Of a DNA stretch of 64,000 bases, positions 1 to 10,212 are shown piece by piece. This DNA comes from Bacteroidales bacterium. GTDB lineage: Bacteria; Bacteroidota; Bacteroidia; Bacteroidales; UBA932. The first letter of the stretch is position 1, and each line of letters opens with the position of its first letter. The stretch lies in NCBI GenBank assembly GCA_031553765.1, contig JAVBKY010000003.1, positions 112,933-176,932 of the forward strand, written 5' to 3'. Below the pieces are notes generated by a model, which worked only from the letters and a program-made list of their open reading frames with translations, was not told where the DNA came from and did no database searches. The position numbers were made by a program, and so were the translations under genes.

Positions 1-447
1 CCACCCCCCTGCCAAGTCTATACGGTAGGGAATGTTACACTCCTGCCTCAAAGCTGTGGTGGAGCGCGCGGGTAGCTGCCCATGCGGAATACGCCTGCTC
101 ACCACGTACTCAATGCCCTGCTCACGGCAAAACTTTTCCTTATCGGGGCTGGCACCATCTTCATTCACAAAAAAGATGTCGGGCTTAAGCCGCTTGGCAT
201 CCTCCTCAAAATCCAGCAACCCACTCCCCAAGTTCACAAAGGCGTCCTTCACCGATTTAAGCGACTTAACCATGTACAAGCGCTCCTGCTCAGTATTAAT
301 GGTTTTGCGCCCCTTAAGTTTGGAAATAGTGGCATCTGAGCCTATACCCACGTACAGGTCACCCAACCTAGCAGCCTCCTCAAAAAAGGCCACATGACCG
401 CTATGCAGCATGTCATAACAACCGGAAACAAAAATTTTTTTTGGCAT
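1..447 (-). CDS. Cytidylyltransferase-domain protein, N-terminal part (C-terminus lies outside the window); probably fused to a GHMP-kinase-like domain
   Basis: Absent from the ORF track because it is open at the window edge. Manual translation from ATG 447-445 gives MPKKIFVSGCYDMLHSGHVAFFEEAARLGDLYVGIGSD..., with the HxGH nucleotidyltransferase motif. There is no stop down to base 1. The last residues, YRIDLAGGW, resemble the N-terminal motif of GHMP sugar kinases. Confidence 0.6.
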   Translation of the reverse strand, partial: MPKKIFVSGCYDMLHSGHVAFFEEAARLGDLYVGIGSDATISKLKGRKTINTEQERLYMVKSLKSVKDAFVNLGSGLLDFEEDAKRLKPDIFFVNEDGASPDKEKFCREQGIEYVVSRRIPHGQLPARSTTALRQECNIPYRIDLAGGW

Positions 448-512
448 AATTAGTTTAAAATTTTGCTTTAATATCCATTATAATATCAACCTCTCTAACT
501 CCATTGGGGGCA

Positions 513-1511
513 TTAAAATAAAAGCACTTCTTTTACCCAGTATCTTATTGAATACCTATTGTATATATCTTCATCTAATGCCTGATAATCACCCTGCAAA
601 AAACTTTCGCTGATTTGAGGATTATCTCTATCCACCACCTGTATATTATTGGGATTATAAAAATCGTACTCCACAATATGCTTGTTGGTAGTGATTAACT
701 TTCTACAAGCGCCCAGCGCCTCAATGGTTCTCATCGTCAACCCCGTTTGCATAGGATGTTGAATATCTACAATTACCTTTGAGCAAGAAATGAGGCGTAG
801 CAATTCTGACTTCGGGAGGGATTTAAAGTGAAAATCTGACTTCACAACTCCTCTAAAAGAGCGATTTTTAATTTTCTCCCTATAGTACAATATCTTACTC
901 CCCAAAAAGAAGTAAAAGAACACGCGTTGTCCTCTTTTCAGAAGCAGCTGCTCAAGTGTTTTTACAAACCAATACCTGTTGCTATGAACCGTACCCACAA
1001 ATATAGCGTCATATGAGTAGTTTTTATGCTGTTGCCCTATTTGAGCATACTCATTCATATAGAAAAGAGGTCGGAAATGCAGGTTGAAATCCCGCGCATC
1101 ATCTTTATCAAAGCTTAGAATCTTATCAAAATAGGAAAACGTATCTACCGCGCCTTTTTTATTACGCACGGAATCCCACATGTACAAAACAAACTTTGCC
1201 GCAGGGAATTGACCTCTTAAGTCGGCCAGAGTGGAGCTAAGCATGGACTCAATGTTAACCACCAAAACATAGTCATACTCTTTCCCTGACACCTCTTTTT
1301 GAATCTTCTGATAGTATTTCCTTATTTTATGCTGTAAAAAACGCTTATCAATTCTTATTAATGCCTTGTCAAAAAAAGAATTTCCCGGACGCTCGTCAAA
1401 GTAATCAACAAAGGCTCCCATATCAATGAGAGTTTGCTCTATTGCCTTTTCGTATCCAAAATACTTAGGAGCAAACAGTAGTACTCTTTTATTCTGTAAG
1501 GTCATAATCAT
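513..1511 (-). CDS. Polysaccharide-biosynthesis protein, probably GT-B-fold glycosyltransferase-like
   Basis: 332-aa ORF. The C-terminal segment QTGLTMRTIEALGACRKLITTN resembles the GT-B donor-binding motif. It abuts the next gene (1511/1512) inside the glycan locus. Confidence 0.45.
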   Translation of the reverse strand: MIMTLQNKRVLLFAPKYFGYEKAIEQTLIDMGAFVDYFDERPGNSFFDKALIRIDKRFLQHKIRKYYQKIQKEVSGKEYDYVLVVNIESMLSSTLADLRGQFPAAKFVLYMWDSVRNKKGAVDTFSYFDKILSFDKDDARDFNLHFRPLFYMNEYAQIGQQHKNYSYDAIFVGTVHSNRYWFVKTLEQLLLKRGQRVFFYFFLGSKILYYREKIKNRSFRGVVKSDFHFKSLPKSELLRLISCSKVIVDIQHPMQTGLTMRTIEALGACRKLITTNKHIVEYDFYNPNNIQVVDRDNPQISESFLQGDYQALDEDIYNRYSIRYWVKEVLLF

Positions 1512-2645
1512 CTATTTGTACAAACCTCTTTTTTTCATCGCCTCTATTGACTCTCCATAGCGGTCAACCTGAACTTCCTGTCGGTCAACCCAAGCGGAGA
1601 AATGCTTGATTCCCTCTGCAAAGGAGACTTTAGGGGTAAATTTTAATGCTTTCTTAGCCAAGGATAAATCAGCATAGTTATGGCGGATATCGCCAAGTCG
1701 GTAACCTCCTGAAATCTTCACAGGCACGCTAATTCCATAATTTTTTTGCAGCTCATTTGTGACCGCAACAACATCTGTTGCAACACCTGTGCCAACATTA
1801 AAAACAAGGTTATTTGCCTCTTCCTGCTCCAGACCTAAAACAGTAGCATCAACTACGTCATCTATGTACACAAAGTCACGGCTTTCTTTGCCGTCTTCAA
1901 AAATATTAATAGGGTTGTTGTTCTTAATCTGCGTAGAGAATATGGATAGTATGCCGGTATATGGATTGGAAAGCGACTGTCCCGGACCATACACATTTTG
2001 ATAACGAAAAGCAACAGATGCAATACCAATGGTAGGGCAAACCGTCATAACCATTTGCTCCTGATTTTGTTTTGTAATTCCATAAACCGAAGTAGGATGT
2101 ATTGTGCTATCCTCGCTTGTAGCGCACAGCTCTACCCTACCATCGCAAACGGGGCATTTACATTCAAAATCTCCCCCCGACATATCTCCCTCTTTGCGGG
2201 CAACGGGGTATACAAATCCATGAGTGGGGCAAGCATACTTTCCCTCGCCATATATGGCGCGCGAAGACGCTACCACCACCTTCTTTACGCTATGCTTGCT
2301 ATTGGTTAGAATATCCAGCATCAACGCTGTTCCTCCAATATTCACGTTGACATATTTTTCTATCTCGTACATGCTCTGCCCCGTACCGGTTTCCGCAGCC
2401 AAATGCACCACCGCATCCTGCCCCGCCAGTGCTTTTTCCCAATCGGAGCGAGAGGTAACCGTACCTTCTATAAAGCTGACCTTACCTTCTATAGATTTGT
2501 ATAAGGGAGATGTCTCCTTTGGGTTTGCGCCATGTATTTGAGGCGATAAGCTATCCAGCACGGTAACACCATAGCCTTTACCTACCAACTTTAAGGCTAA
2601 ATTAGAACCTATAAAACCTGCACCTCCGGTAATCAGTACATTCAT
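1512..2645 (-). CDS. NAD-dependent epimerase/dehydratase (extended SDR) with a Cys-rich insertion
   Basis: Has the GGAGFIGS Rossmann motif and the YGITK (YxxxK) catalytic motif. I moved the start to MNVLITGG (2645) to remove overlap with the upstream gene. Confidence 0.75.
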   Translation of the reverse strand: MNVLITGGAGFIGSNLALKLVGKGYGVTVLDSLSPQIHGANPKETSPLYKSIEGKVSFIEGTVTSRSDWEKALAGQDAVVHLAAETGTGQSMYEIEKYVNVNIGGTALMLDILTNSKHSVKKVVVASSRAIYGEGKYACPTHGFVYPVARKEGDMSGGDFECKCPVCDGRVELCATSEDSTIHPTSVYGITKQNQEQMVMTVCPTIGIASVAFRYQNVYGPGQSLSNPYTGILSIFSTQIKNNNPINIFEDGKESRDFVYIDDVVDATVLGLEQEEANNLVFNVGTGVATDVVAVTNELQKNYGISVPVKISGGYRLGDIRHNYADLSLAKKALKFTPKVSFAEGIKHFSAWVDRQEVQVDRYGESIEAMKKRGLYK

Positions 2646-3241
2646 ATCTTTTCCCATTTTTTTGTTTCAAAATTATACTTTTTAATTGGTAAGGCAGGCG
2701 CACCCACTGCAATTACATAGGGGGGAATATTTTTTGTAACTACAGAGTTTGCTCCTATAATACTACCAACACCAATGGTAACACCCGGAAGAATAGAAAC
2801 AAACTCACCTATCCAAACGTTATCCTCAACCACGACAGGCTTACAGGTGTAGGCTCTTTTTATAGGCGGCGTTGTAGGATCTGAGTCATCAGCGCCACCA
2901 GAATAGCTCCCATGAGTACAATCGCTTATATATATTTTACTTGCCAGTAAAACGTTGTTACCAATGGAAACACTCTCCATTGCCGTTATATGTACATAGT
3001 CATTAAGCTGCACATCATCACCTATCGTCAGCGTAACCTTGCTTATACCTTGTGGAATGGCCTCAATTCTACAGCCCTTACCCGTAGTAAGTCGTTTTCC
3101 CCACTGAATATGCCTCTTTCCTCTTACATCAAAAGGGAAGCGAATAATTCGAGCGGATGGATAAAATACTTTTGTTCTTACAATACACATTATAAGATAC
3201 AGTAAATCACGAACGGTATATTTTTCAGATAGCATTATCAA
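2642..3241 (-). CDS. Hexapeptide-repeat O-acetyltransferase (WcaF/WbbJ-like)
   Basis: 199 aa. The C-terminal left-handed beta-helix repeats (VWIGEFVSILPGVTIGVGSIIGANSVV) are typical of sugar O-acetyltransferases. There is a 4-nt overlap with the upstream GT2 gene. Confidence 0.7.
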   Translation of the reverse strand: MIMLSEKYTVRDLLYLIMCIVRTKVFYPSARIIRFPFDVRGKRHIQWGKRLTTGKGCRIEAIPQGISKVTLTIGDDVQLNDYVHITAMESVSIGNNVLLASKIYISDCTHGSYSGGADDSDPTTPPIKRAYTCKPVVVEDNVWIGEFVSILPGVTIGVGSIIGANSVVTKNIPPYVIAVGAPALPIKKYNFETKKWEKI

Positions 3242-4035
3242 CTCTTTTTAATTCCAACAATTGCCACTCTTCTTACATATTTTAATAAGGAAAATGCAAC
3301 CGCTGCTCCGTAAAGAAAAGGTCCAATATTAAGATGTCTGTACGCATATCTCAGGTTTTTCAACTCCCCCTTCTCCATCTCCTTCACATTGGCGCTCAAT
3401 CCGCTACTTCCAAAACCACGTTTCCCATCGCCAAAGTTTAGTAAGCTCTCATTTAGCAGCGCGCATTTATGCCCAAAGGCTATTCTCATAAAGTAGTTTC
3501 CCTCCTCCGCGTACTTTTGGCTTTCATCAAAAAAGCCAACCGTTGACATCACCTCCCGCCTTACTATAACTGTTGAGGGCTGAAAGAAGTTCTTAAACAG
3601 CAAATTTTTTAGCGTTATTTCTGTAACTCTCGAAAACCGTTTATGGAAGAACTTTTCAAAAACCTCTCCATTCATTGTTGTGCCCACCAAATGCAGGCTC
3701 GGCTCTTCATCCAAAATATCCAGCTGCTTTGACAGCTTATCGGGAAGCCAGGCGTCATCCGAGTCCAGGAATGCAACAAATTCACCTTTAGCTACGCGCA
3801 TCCCGGCGTTACGCGCCTTTGATACGCCCCCGTTTTTTTGGTCAATGATAACAATATTCTCATCTGCATGCGCTGCTTTAAACTCCTTTATCAGCGCTAA
3901 AGAATCATCCCGAGAGCCATCGTTCACTAAAATAACCTCAATATCGGAAGCTGACTGCGACAATACGGACTCCACCGCCCTGATAACCGTTTGTCGGGCG
4001 TTGAAAATCGGAATAACAACAGACACTCTACACAT
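3238..4035 (-). CDS. Family 2 glycosyltransferase
   Basis: N-terminal VSVVIPIFNA...VNDGSRD and a DSDD (DxD) motif. Confidence 0.8.
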   Translation of the reverse strand: MCRVSVVIPIFNARQTVIRAVESVLSQSASDIEVILVNDGSRDDSLALIKEFKAAHADENIVIIDQKNGGVSKARNAGMRVAKGEFVAFLDSDDAWLPDKLSKQLDILDEEPSLHLVGTTMNGEVFEKFFHKRFSRVTEITLKNLLFKNFFQPSTVIVRREVMSTVGFFDESQKYAEEGNYFMRIAFGHKCALLNESLLNFGDGKRGFGSSGLSANVKEMEKGELKNLRYAYRHLNIGPFLYGAAVAFSLLKYVRRVAIVGIKKS

Positions 4036-4056
4036 CTTTAAATCAGTTCAATATAA

Positions 4057-5133
4057 TTACATTTCACCGTTGAGAATATCACTCCATTTTTTATAAACCA
4101 CCTCCGGCAAGAACCGTCTAACATTATGGCGTCCTCTATCCGAATACAAATCCCTTTTCTCCTTACTATTTATCAACTCCTCTATTTTCTGCTGCATCAG
4201 CGCTGTATTACCAACGGGTATCAAATCCCCGTCAACTCCATTTCGTACGATTTCTCTGGGACCCGGCGGGCAATCAAACGAAACAATAGGCAGCCCACAT
4301 GACATGGCCTCCAGCAGCACCATTGGGAAAGCCTCTGTTCTCGATGTGCAAACATAAATACAAGAGTTGAGCAACTCTTTTTCAATATTCGTTGTAGGTG
4401 GAAACAATTTTACATTCGGTGGACAGCCGGCTATCATTTCCTCTATTTCGCGCTGCAAATATCCCGTTCCAAACAGCACAAAATCCCAATCTGTATATTT
4501 TGTGGCCAGCTGCTTGTAAATAGGAATTAGCGTATCAAAACCCTTCTCTGCCACAAGCCTGCCAACGGCAATAACCCTTTTTACGCTCATGTCCGCCTGC
4601 CTCTCGGGATAAAAACTTAAAGCATTCGGAATACAAACAACCTTCTTACAGAATTGCTCATAAACTATTTTTTCACTTTCGGTTAACGTAACCACCAAAT
4701 CAGCAAAGCGAAAAAGCTGACGACGCACCCACTGGGAAAACCTTCCAAAGGCAGCATGGTAGCCATGCTCAAAGAAAATCAGCTTAGCCCGATGTTTGAA
4801 TTTAAATAGTGCCAAATAGTTAGAGATATTCGTCATATTGCTAATCAAAATATCAGCTTTTTGCACGGGTAGCGCCCACAAAGATTTTATCAGCTTTAAG
4901 TTTGATATAATCTTTCCGCGCAGCGGGAATAAGCGATAGCCATCTTTTCTTAGGAACGTAACGTTAACGCTATCCGGAACAGAGAAGCTTACTTTTTCAT
5001 TTTTTTTAAATACGGAAATAACCTCAACCTCCCTGTCATCATGTTGAGAAAGGTAAGTTGCCATATTAGCAGCAACCCGCTCCACTCCGCCGGCTATTGT
5101 TTGGTCTAAAACAAATATTCGAACCTTTTTCAT
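4057..5133 (-). CDS. Family 4 (GT-B) glycosyltransferase
   Basis: C-terminal EAFPMVLLEAMSCGLPIV (E-x7-E) motif; 358 aa. Confidence 0.8.
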   Translation of the reverse strand: MKKVRIFVLDQTIAGGVERVAANMATYLSQHDDREVEVISVFKKNEKVSFSVPDSVNVTFLRKDGYRLFPLRGKIISNLKLIKSLWALPVQKADILISNMTNISNYLALFKFKHRAKLIFFEHGYHAAFGRFSQWVRRQLFRFADLVVTLTESEKIVYEQFCKKVVCIPNALSFYPERQADMSVKRVIAVGRLVAEKGFDTLIPIYKQLATKYTDWDFVLFGTGYLQREIEEMIAGCPPNVKLFPPTTNIEKELLNSCIYVCTSRTEAFPMVLLEAMSCGLPIVSFDCPPGPREIVRNGVDGDLIPVGNTALMQQKIEELINSKEKRDLYSDRGRHNVRRFLPEVVYKKWSDILNGEM

Positions 5134-5150
5134 TCTTGCTACAGTAACGG

Positions 5151-5870
5151 CTATTTCAATTTCCTATAAATATTCAACAGGTGCTGAATATTTTTATTTT
5201 TTCGCGAAAACTGCACAAATTTCATTTTGAGCTTATCCGTACGCGACACCCACGAGCCGGCATAGTGGTGTATTGAGTACGCCTTCTCCGTCACATTGAC
5301 ATCACCGGTTTCTGCACTTATAGGCGAAAAATACTCCGAGGGATAAATGGTTACTTCATTCACCTGCTGCAGACTTCCATCCTGCTTAAGCCCTTTTGTC
5401 ACTAGCATATTAGTAGCTGAGGTTACCACCGTGGTGAGGTCTTTTGTCCCATCTTCTTTATAAAACGACTTGGCATTATAGAATTTGAGCATATCCTCCA
5501 TAAAAGGCATCCCCTTCTCAGCCCCCACTATAAGTCCGGGAGCAACGTCCCTGCTTGATTCAAAGCCCATAAACACCCTATGGTTGAGCAAGTCATCCAA
5601 GCCTTTGAGGAGCTCAACGTCCACATCCAAATATATTCCACCTTCGGTGTATAAAATGTAAAATCTTGCATAATCCGATACGAAAGCCCACTTTTTTTCT
5701 TGGGCTGCTCCCTTTGTGTAGGCAACTACATTTACATCAAAATTGGACTCGTCCCACCGCTTAATTTCGTAATCTGGCAGGTACTTCTTCCAGCTAGCGA
5801 TGCACCTTAAGGCCAAATCCGGCATTGGCTTACCGCCAAACCAACAGTAGTGTATTATCTTGGGTATCAT
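5151..5870 (-). CDS. GT32-like glycosyltransferase (DXD sugar-binding region, OCH1/capsule-synthesis type)
   Basis: N-terminal IPKIIHYCWFGGKPMP and YLDVDVE (DxD), typical of this family. Confidence 0.7.
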   Translation of the reverse strand: MIPKIIHYCWFGGKPMPDLALRCIASWKKYLPDYEIKRWDESNFDVNVVAYTKGAAQEKKWAFVSDYARFYILYTEGGIYLDVDVELLKGLDDLLNHRVFMGFESSRDVAPGLIVGAEKGMPFMEDMLKFYNAKSFYKEDGTKDLTTVVTSATNMLVTKGLKQDGSLQQVNEVTIYPSEYFSPISAETGDVNVTEKAYSIHHYAGSWVSRTDKLKMKFVQFSRKNKNIQHLLNIYRKLK

Positions 5871-5872
5871 TT

Positions 5873-6784
5873 CTATCGCGCTGTAATTACATCAATAAAA
5901 CTTCTAATTTCTCCAAGGAGTAAGCCAAATAAAACCGCCTTAAAGGGAAGCAGTTTTACGCTTTCCACTAAGGAGTATCCTCCAAAACGCCTAAATCTAA
6001 AATAGCTAACAGAGAAGTTCAAGTAGCTTCTAAAATCCGGCCCCATATTGAGTATTTGAGCAAAACAAAGCAGGTGTCCCTTGGGATTCTTTTTTATTGT
6101 TTCAAAATAGCTTGTTTTAGTCATTCCACCCTCCAAATACTCTCTCACATAAATAGGTGGAGACGCAACATATAGCGCTTTATACTTTTCTGACATGGCA
6201 CAGAAAAAATATAAATCAGGAGCATATTTTTCGCCTTCAATCTCCAAGGCTCTACATTTTTTATGAATAGCCGATTTCACAACCTCTATACGGTCTCCAG
6301 TATTTCCATATTTAAAGGTATTCTCAAAGAAAGAGCAAAAAGTATCTTCCGAAAAAGTATTCTCACCTATGGGCTTTCCTTTCGCATCAACAATTCTAAA
6401 TACTAAAGCGCATACCTTATCATTGTCTTTAATTCTTGGATATTCTCTTTCTATCGCTTCAATAGCATTAGGTAAAAGATAATCATCGCTGTCAAGCTTA
6501 AGAAACAATTCCGTTTCGGTGTGATCTAAGCCCCTATTGATGGCACGATTAAGGCCTCCATTTTCATAAAAATAATATCTTACTGCAAATGGTGCACCCT
6601 TGAATTCCCTTATTAAATCATCTGTACCATCAGAAGAGCCATCATCAATTACCAACCACTCAAAGTTGTATGATGACTGCGCAAGTAGCGAGTCATATAA
6701 GCGCCTTAAATACCCCGCTCTATTGAAAGTGGGGGTAAAAACAGTTACAAGAGGCTTACTGTTGTGGAGTTCTGTATTGATCAT
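5873..6784 (-). CDS. Family 2 glycosyltransferase
   Basis: VTVFTPTFNRAGYL...IDDGSSDGT and LDSDD motifs. Confidence 0.8.
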   Translation of the reverse strand: MINTELHNSKPLVTVFTPTFNRAGYLRRLYDSLLAQSSYNFEWLVIDDGSSDGTDDLIREFKGAPFAVRYYFYENGGLNRAINRGLDHTETELFLKLDSDDYLLPNAIEAIEREYPRIKDNDKVCALVFRIVDAKGKPIGENTFSEDTFCSFFENTFKYGNTGDRIEVVKSAIHKKCRALEIEGEKYAPDLYFFCAMSEKYKALYVASPPIYVREYLEGGMTKTSYFETIKKNPKGHLLCFAQILNMGPDFRSYLNFSVSYFRFRRFGGYSLVESVKLLPFKAVLFGLLLGEIRSFIDVITAR

Positions 6785-7838
6785 AGGTGTGGTCTATGTT
6801 CTTAAAAACAAAATCATACTTTTTTAATGCCCCATTGTCAAAGGTTCTTACGGTATTTACCATCGAGTAGACCGCAAATACAGACAAAACGTAGTACAGA
6901 GAAAATTGCAGATATACTTGCTTCAAAATATGCTTAATGAAAATCGCTATCATAAAAATATATCCTACTTCAAAGTACATCCATAACCTCGTCATAACGT
7001 CCCACTTACTGAACATTATAAAGCACAATACATAGAGTATTGTCATTTTTAGGAATATATTCATCATGGGCAAGTGTCGGCCCTTGATGTACGCATAGAC
7101 GGAAAATGCTGTGAGAACTATTAATTTGCAAATAGTTATAACACCAAATGTTCTATCCGAATTCATATAAAAAGCCATTTTTTCACCCACAAAGTGCAGT
7201 CCAACGATATCACATATTTTTACCACTGCCGACACCCCAAAGAAGCTAACTATCAAAGCTGCTACAAACATTATTATCACAGACGGAAGTGAGAATTTTA
7301 TTCTTGTAGCAATAAAATACAGGGGAAAAGCAACAAACGCGCTGTAATGAAAGCAGAGGGCTATGGTATTAAAGAGTAAAAATTTCCAAAGATTATTTGT
7401 TTGTATGTACCTGATTGAAAAAACAAATAAGCTTAAAGCAATGGCCTGCCTCATCAACACCATGTTATAAAAGATGAGAATGCTGCCGGCGTAAAGTAGT
7501 ATTGTCAGCTGGGGCATCGGGCTGTAATCCCGAATGGATTTAAAAACAAGGCCGAGGCAAAACAGGCTGGTAATAAACACAAATTGGGAGAAACTAAACC
7601 CAAGCCAGCTAAACACATTTACTATCAAGCGGTATCCAAATTCCCAACTTGGGGCTGTTATGATATTATTGTACTGCTCAAGGTAGTAAATGTAGTCGCT
7701 GCCTCCCATATTACGAAACCCAACAATAGCCAAGCAAGAAATGAAAGAAGCATAAAACGCCACCTTTCTAAGCTGAGGCAAAAAATCTGCCGCCGTGCAA
7801 GCAAAAAGTATTATAAGTAGACCTATAAACCAAATCAT
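6756..7838 (-). CDS. wzy: O-antigen/EPS polymerase (Wzy/EpsG-like polytopic membrane protein)
   Basis: Highly hydrophobic, with roughly ten or more predicted TM segments. It sits between wzx and the GT genes. I moved the start to MIWFIGLL (7838), because the longer ORF overlaps the wzx 3' end. Confidence 0.55.
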   Translation of the reverse strand: MIWFIGLLIILFACTAADFLPQLRKVAFYASFISCLAIVGFRNMGGSDYIYYLEQYNNIITAPSWEFGYRLIVNVFSWLGFSFSQFVFITSLFCLGLVFKSIRDYSPMPQLTILLYAGSILIFYNMVLMRQAIALSLFVFSIRYIQTNNLWKFLLFNTIALCFHYSAFVAFPLYFIATRIKFSLPSVIIMFVAALIVSFFGVSAVVKICDIVGLHFVGEKMAFYMNSDRTFGVITICKLIVLTAFSVYAYIKGRHLPMMNIFLKMTILYVLCFIMFSKWDVMTRLWMYFEVGYIFMIAIFIKHILKQVYLQFSLYYVLSVFAVYSMVNTVRTFDNGALKKYDFVFKNIDHTYDQYRTPQQ

Positions 7839-7851
7839 TATGTATAATTCT

Positions 7852-9111
7852 TTAGTGTGGTAGCAGCTTATATTTTTTGCTAATATAAATAAAATATACC
7901 ACCTCCGATAGTCCTGCAATGGTAGTGGCCAGCGCTATAAAAATAATATTACGACAAAACATTATAGAGGCTATACTGAGCAGAAAAAAAACACTTGCTG
8001 AAATAAGTTGATTTTTGGTTATGTAGTAATATTTATTTTGTTGTACAAATACAAATAATGTGTAGGCAATTACCACCATCCAGGGAATCATGGTAAAGCT
8101 GAGAGCCACTAAAATAGGATACGAAGCCAGCATTTGCTCGCCGCCTAGCAGCAAAATTGCAAGCTTCCCAAAAACAGCTATAAGAGCAATTATAACAAGG
8201 GCTAAAAAGAACTCGTAGGATATTATTTTCTTTATTGTTTTGGCTACCGGATTTCTTGCTATTTTGGGAAATATAGCGCTATTTATACTTGATGTAAGTG
8301 TTTGAGGTACAATCATAATCTTCACCGCCAAATCGTATATAGCAACCTCCGCCATGCCAAAAAAGGCGCCAATGAGCACCGTGGCTCCCTGCTGCTTAAA
8401 TACTCCGGCGGAAGAGGATAAAAAAATGGGAAAGCATTCTTTATACAATTTTTTCAACTTACGTAATGGTATAAATCGTATTTTGAGTCGATCGACAAAT
8501 CGTATAATACATGCGGCCACCACTCCACCAAACAACCCCGACAGGCTTACAATTAACGCAAATATCCAGCTGTCCTTTGGGCCGGTAATAAAAATAAATA
8601 TAAAAGGCAGGGACAATAATTTAAACGCCAGCTGAATAAAAGTAACAACTTTCATTCTTTGCATGCCCTGAAAGTACCATACGGGAAAAATAATATTGAC
8701 GGCAACTGTTAAAAAACAAATTGCATAAATATACCAGCCAGATTGAAACTTCGGAACAGTAATAAGTAAAGCCAGGAAAAATACCACTGCCGGAATTAAA
8801 AGATATAGTTTAGCCCAAAAAACCTTCGACAGAATAAGCTCCTTTGCTCGCTTACTGTCTGCTTTTTGAGAAATTTCCTTAACGGCTACCCACTCAAATC
8901 CGTAGGTAATGAATATGATAAAAAAGGTGGCTACAGACAGTGCAAATACGTAAAGTCCATAGCTTTCGGCTCCCAGGGTTCTTATCAAAAAGGGATAAAC
9001 TAAAAGATAAAACAGGCTGTTCAACACCTGAAGCGTCGTCATAAAAAAGTAGTTCTCCACCACCTTCTTATTATTCTTCAAGTGAGATACCAGCCTTTTT
9101 CTTTTATTCAT
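7852..9111 (-). CDS. wzx: Polysaccharide flippase (Wzx, MOP superfamily)
   Basis: 419-aa polytopic membrane protein in the expected context. The N-terminal region matches the typical Wzx layout. Confidence 0.7.
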   Translation of the reverse strand: MNKRKRLVSHLKNNKKVVENYFFMTTLQVLNSLFYLLVYPFLIRTLGAESYGLYVFALSVATFFIIFITYGFEWVAVKEISQKADSKRAKELILSKVFWAKLYLLIPAVVFFLALLITVPKFQSGWYIYAICFLTVAVNIIFPVWYFQGMQRMKVVTFIQLAFKLLSLPFIFIFITGPKDSWIFALIVSLSGLFGGVVAACIIRFVDRLKIRFIPLRKLKKLYKECFPIFLSSSAGVFKQQGATVLIGAFFGMAEVAIYDLAVKIMIVPQTLTSSINSAIFPKIARNPVAKTIKKIISYEFFLALVIIALIAVFGKLAILLLGGEQMLASYPILVALSFTMIPWMVVIAYTLFVFVQQNKYYYITKNQLISASVFFLLSIASIMFCRNIIFIALATTIAGLSEVVYFIYISKKYKLLPH

Positions 9112-9150
9112 CTTACAGTGACGTATAATTTACGCTATTGAAGGCACCAT

Positions 9151-10191
9151 TTAAGATATTACTACTTCACTCACCCCCTCCCTCAAGCCAATCTTCGCCA
9201 CCCAGCCCAATCTTCTCAACTTCTCCACACTCATTAACTTTCTCGGCGTACCATCGGGTTTAGAAGTATTCCAAACAATGACTCCTTTATATTCCACAAC
9301 CTCTTTTACCATTTCGGCTAGAGACTTTATGGAAAGATCCTCACCACATCCTATATTTACCAAGCCGGGTTCATTGTAAGTCTTCATTAAAAACACGCAA
9401 GCATCGGCAAGGTCATTCACATGCAAAAATTCGCGCAAAGGCGAACCTGTTCCCCACAACTCTATTTGCACACTGCCATCAGCGGTTTTTTGAATACCGT
9501 ACTTAGCCAATTTTTGTAAAATATCCGTTTCGCTTGCCGAACCGGTAACACCCTCAACAGGGGTCTTATCAAAATCGCTCCTTATGCTTGTCCAATCGTT
9601 AACTTCCAAGCGCTTTCCCAGCTGCATTTTGCGAATCAGCGCAGGCAGCACGTGCGATTTTTCCAAATCATAGTTATCATTTGGACCATACAAGTTAGTA
9701 GGCATTACGCTAATAAAATTGCAACCGTATTGCGCGCGATAGGCATCACACAACTTTATTCCGGCAATTTTTGCAATAGCATACGGCTCGTTTGTAGGCT
9801 CCAATTCTCCTGTAAGTAAATATTCCTCCTTTAGCGGTTGCGGAGCCATTTTGGGGTAGATACATGACGAACCCAAGAACATCAACTTCTTCACACCATG
9901 AACGTAGCTCTGATGAACTACGTTGGCCTCCATCATCAGGTTCTCGTAGATAAACTCGGCACGATAGGTATTGTTGGCAACAATACCTCCCACCTTTGCT
10001 GCGGCAAGAAATACATACTCGGGTTTTTCCGCAGCAAAGAAATCAGCTACCGCCTGTTGGTTACGCAAGTCCAACTCCTTAGAAGAACGCAACGCAAAGT
10101 TAGAGTAGCCCTCCTTTTGCAACCTGCGCAGCAGAGCTGATCCCACCATCCCGTTGTGTCCGGCAATATATATTTTTGATTGCTTGTCCAT
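9151..10191 (-). CDS. fcl: GDP-L-fucose synthase
   Basis: KIYIAGHNGMVGSAL, SSCIYP and YAIAKIAG motifs; adjacent to gmd. Confidence 0.9.
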   Translation of the reverse strand: MDKQSKIYIAGHNGMVGSALLRRLQKEGYSNFALRSSKELDLRNQQAVADFFAAEKPEYVFLAAAKVGGIVANNTYRAEFIYENLMMEANVVHQSYVHGVKKLMFLGSSCIYPKMAPQPLKEEYLLTGELEPTNEPYAIAKIAGIKLCDAYRAQYGCNFISVMPTNLYGPNDNYDLEKSHVLPALIRKMQLGKRLEVNDWTSIRSDFDKTPVEGVTGSASETDILQKLAKYGIQKTADGSVQIELWGTGSPLREFLHVNDLADACVFLMKTYNEPGLVNIGCGEDLSIKSLAEMVKEVVEYKGVIVWNTSKPDGTPRKLMSVEKLRRLGWVAKIGLREGVSEVVIS

Positions 10192-10212
10192 ACTTTATTC
10201 CGCTAACTTTTT

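Noticed and set aside
32-397. Plus-strand ORFs 32-397 and 82-339 from the track.
   Set aside because: They are shadow ORFs antisense to the clearly motif-bearing minus-strand cytidylyltransferase gene (1-447). Their translations are low-complexity with no recognisable motifs.
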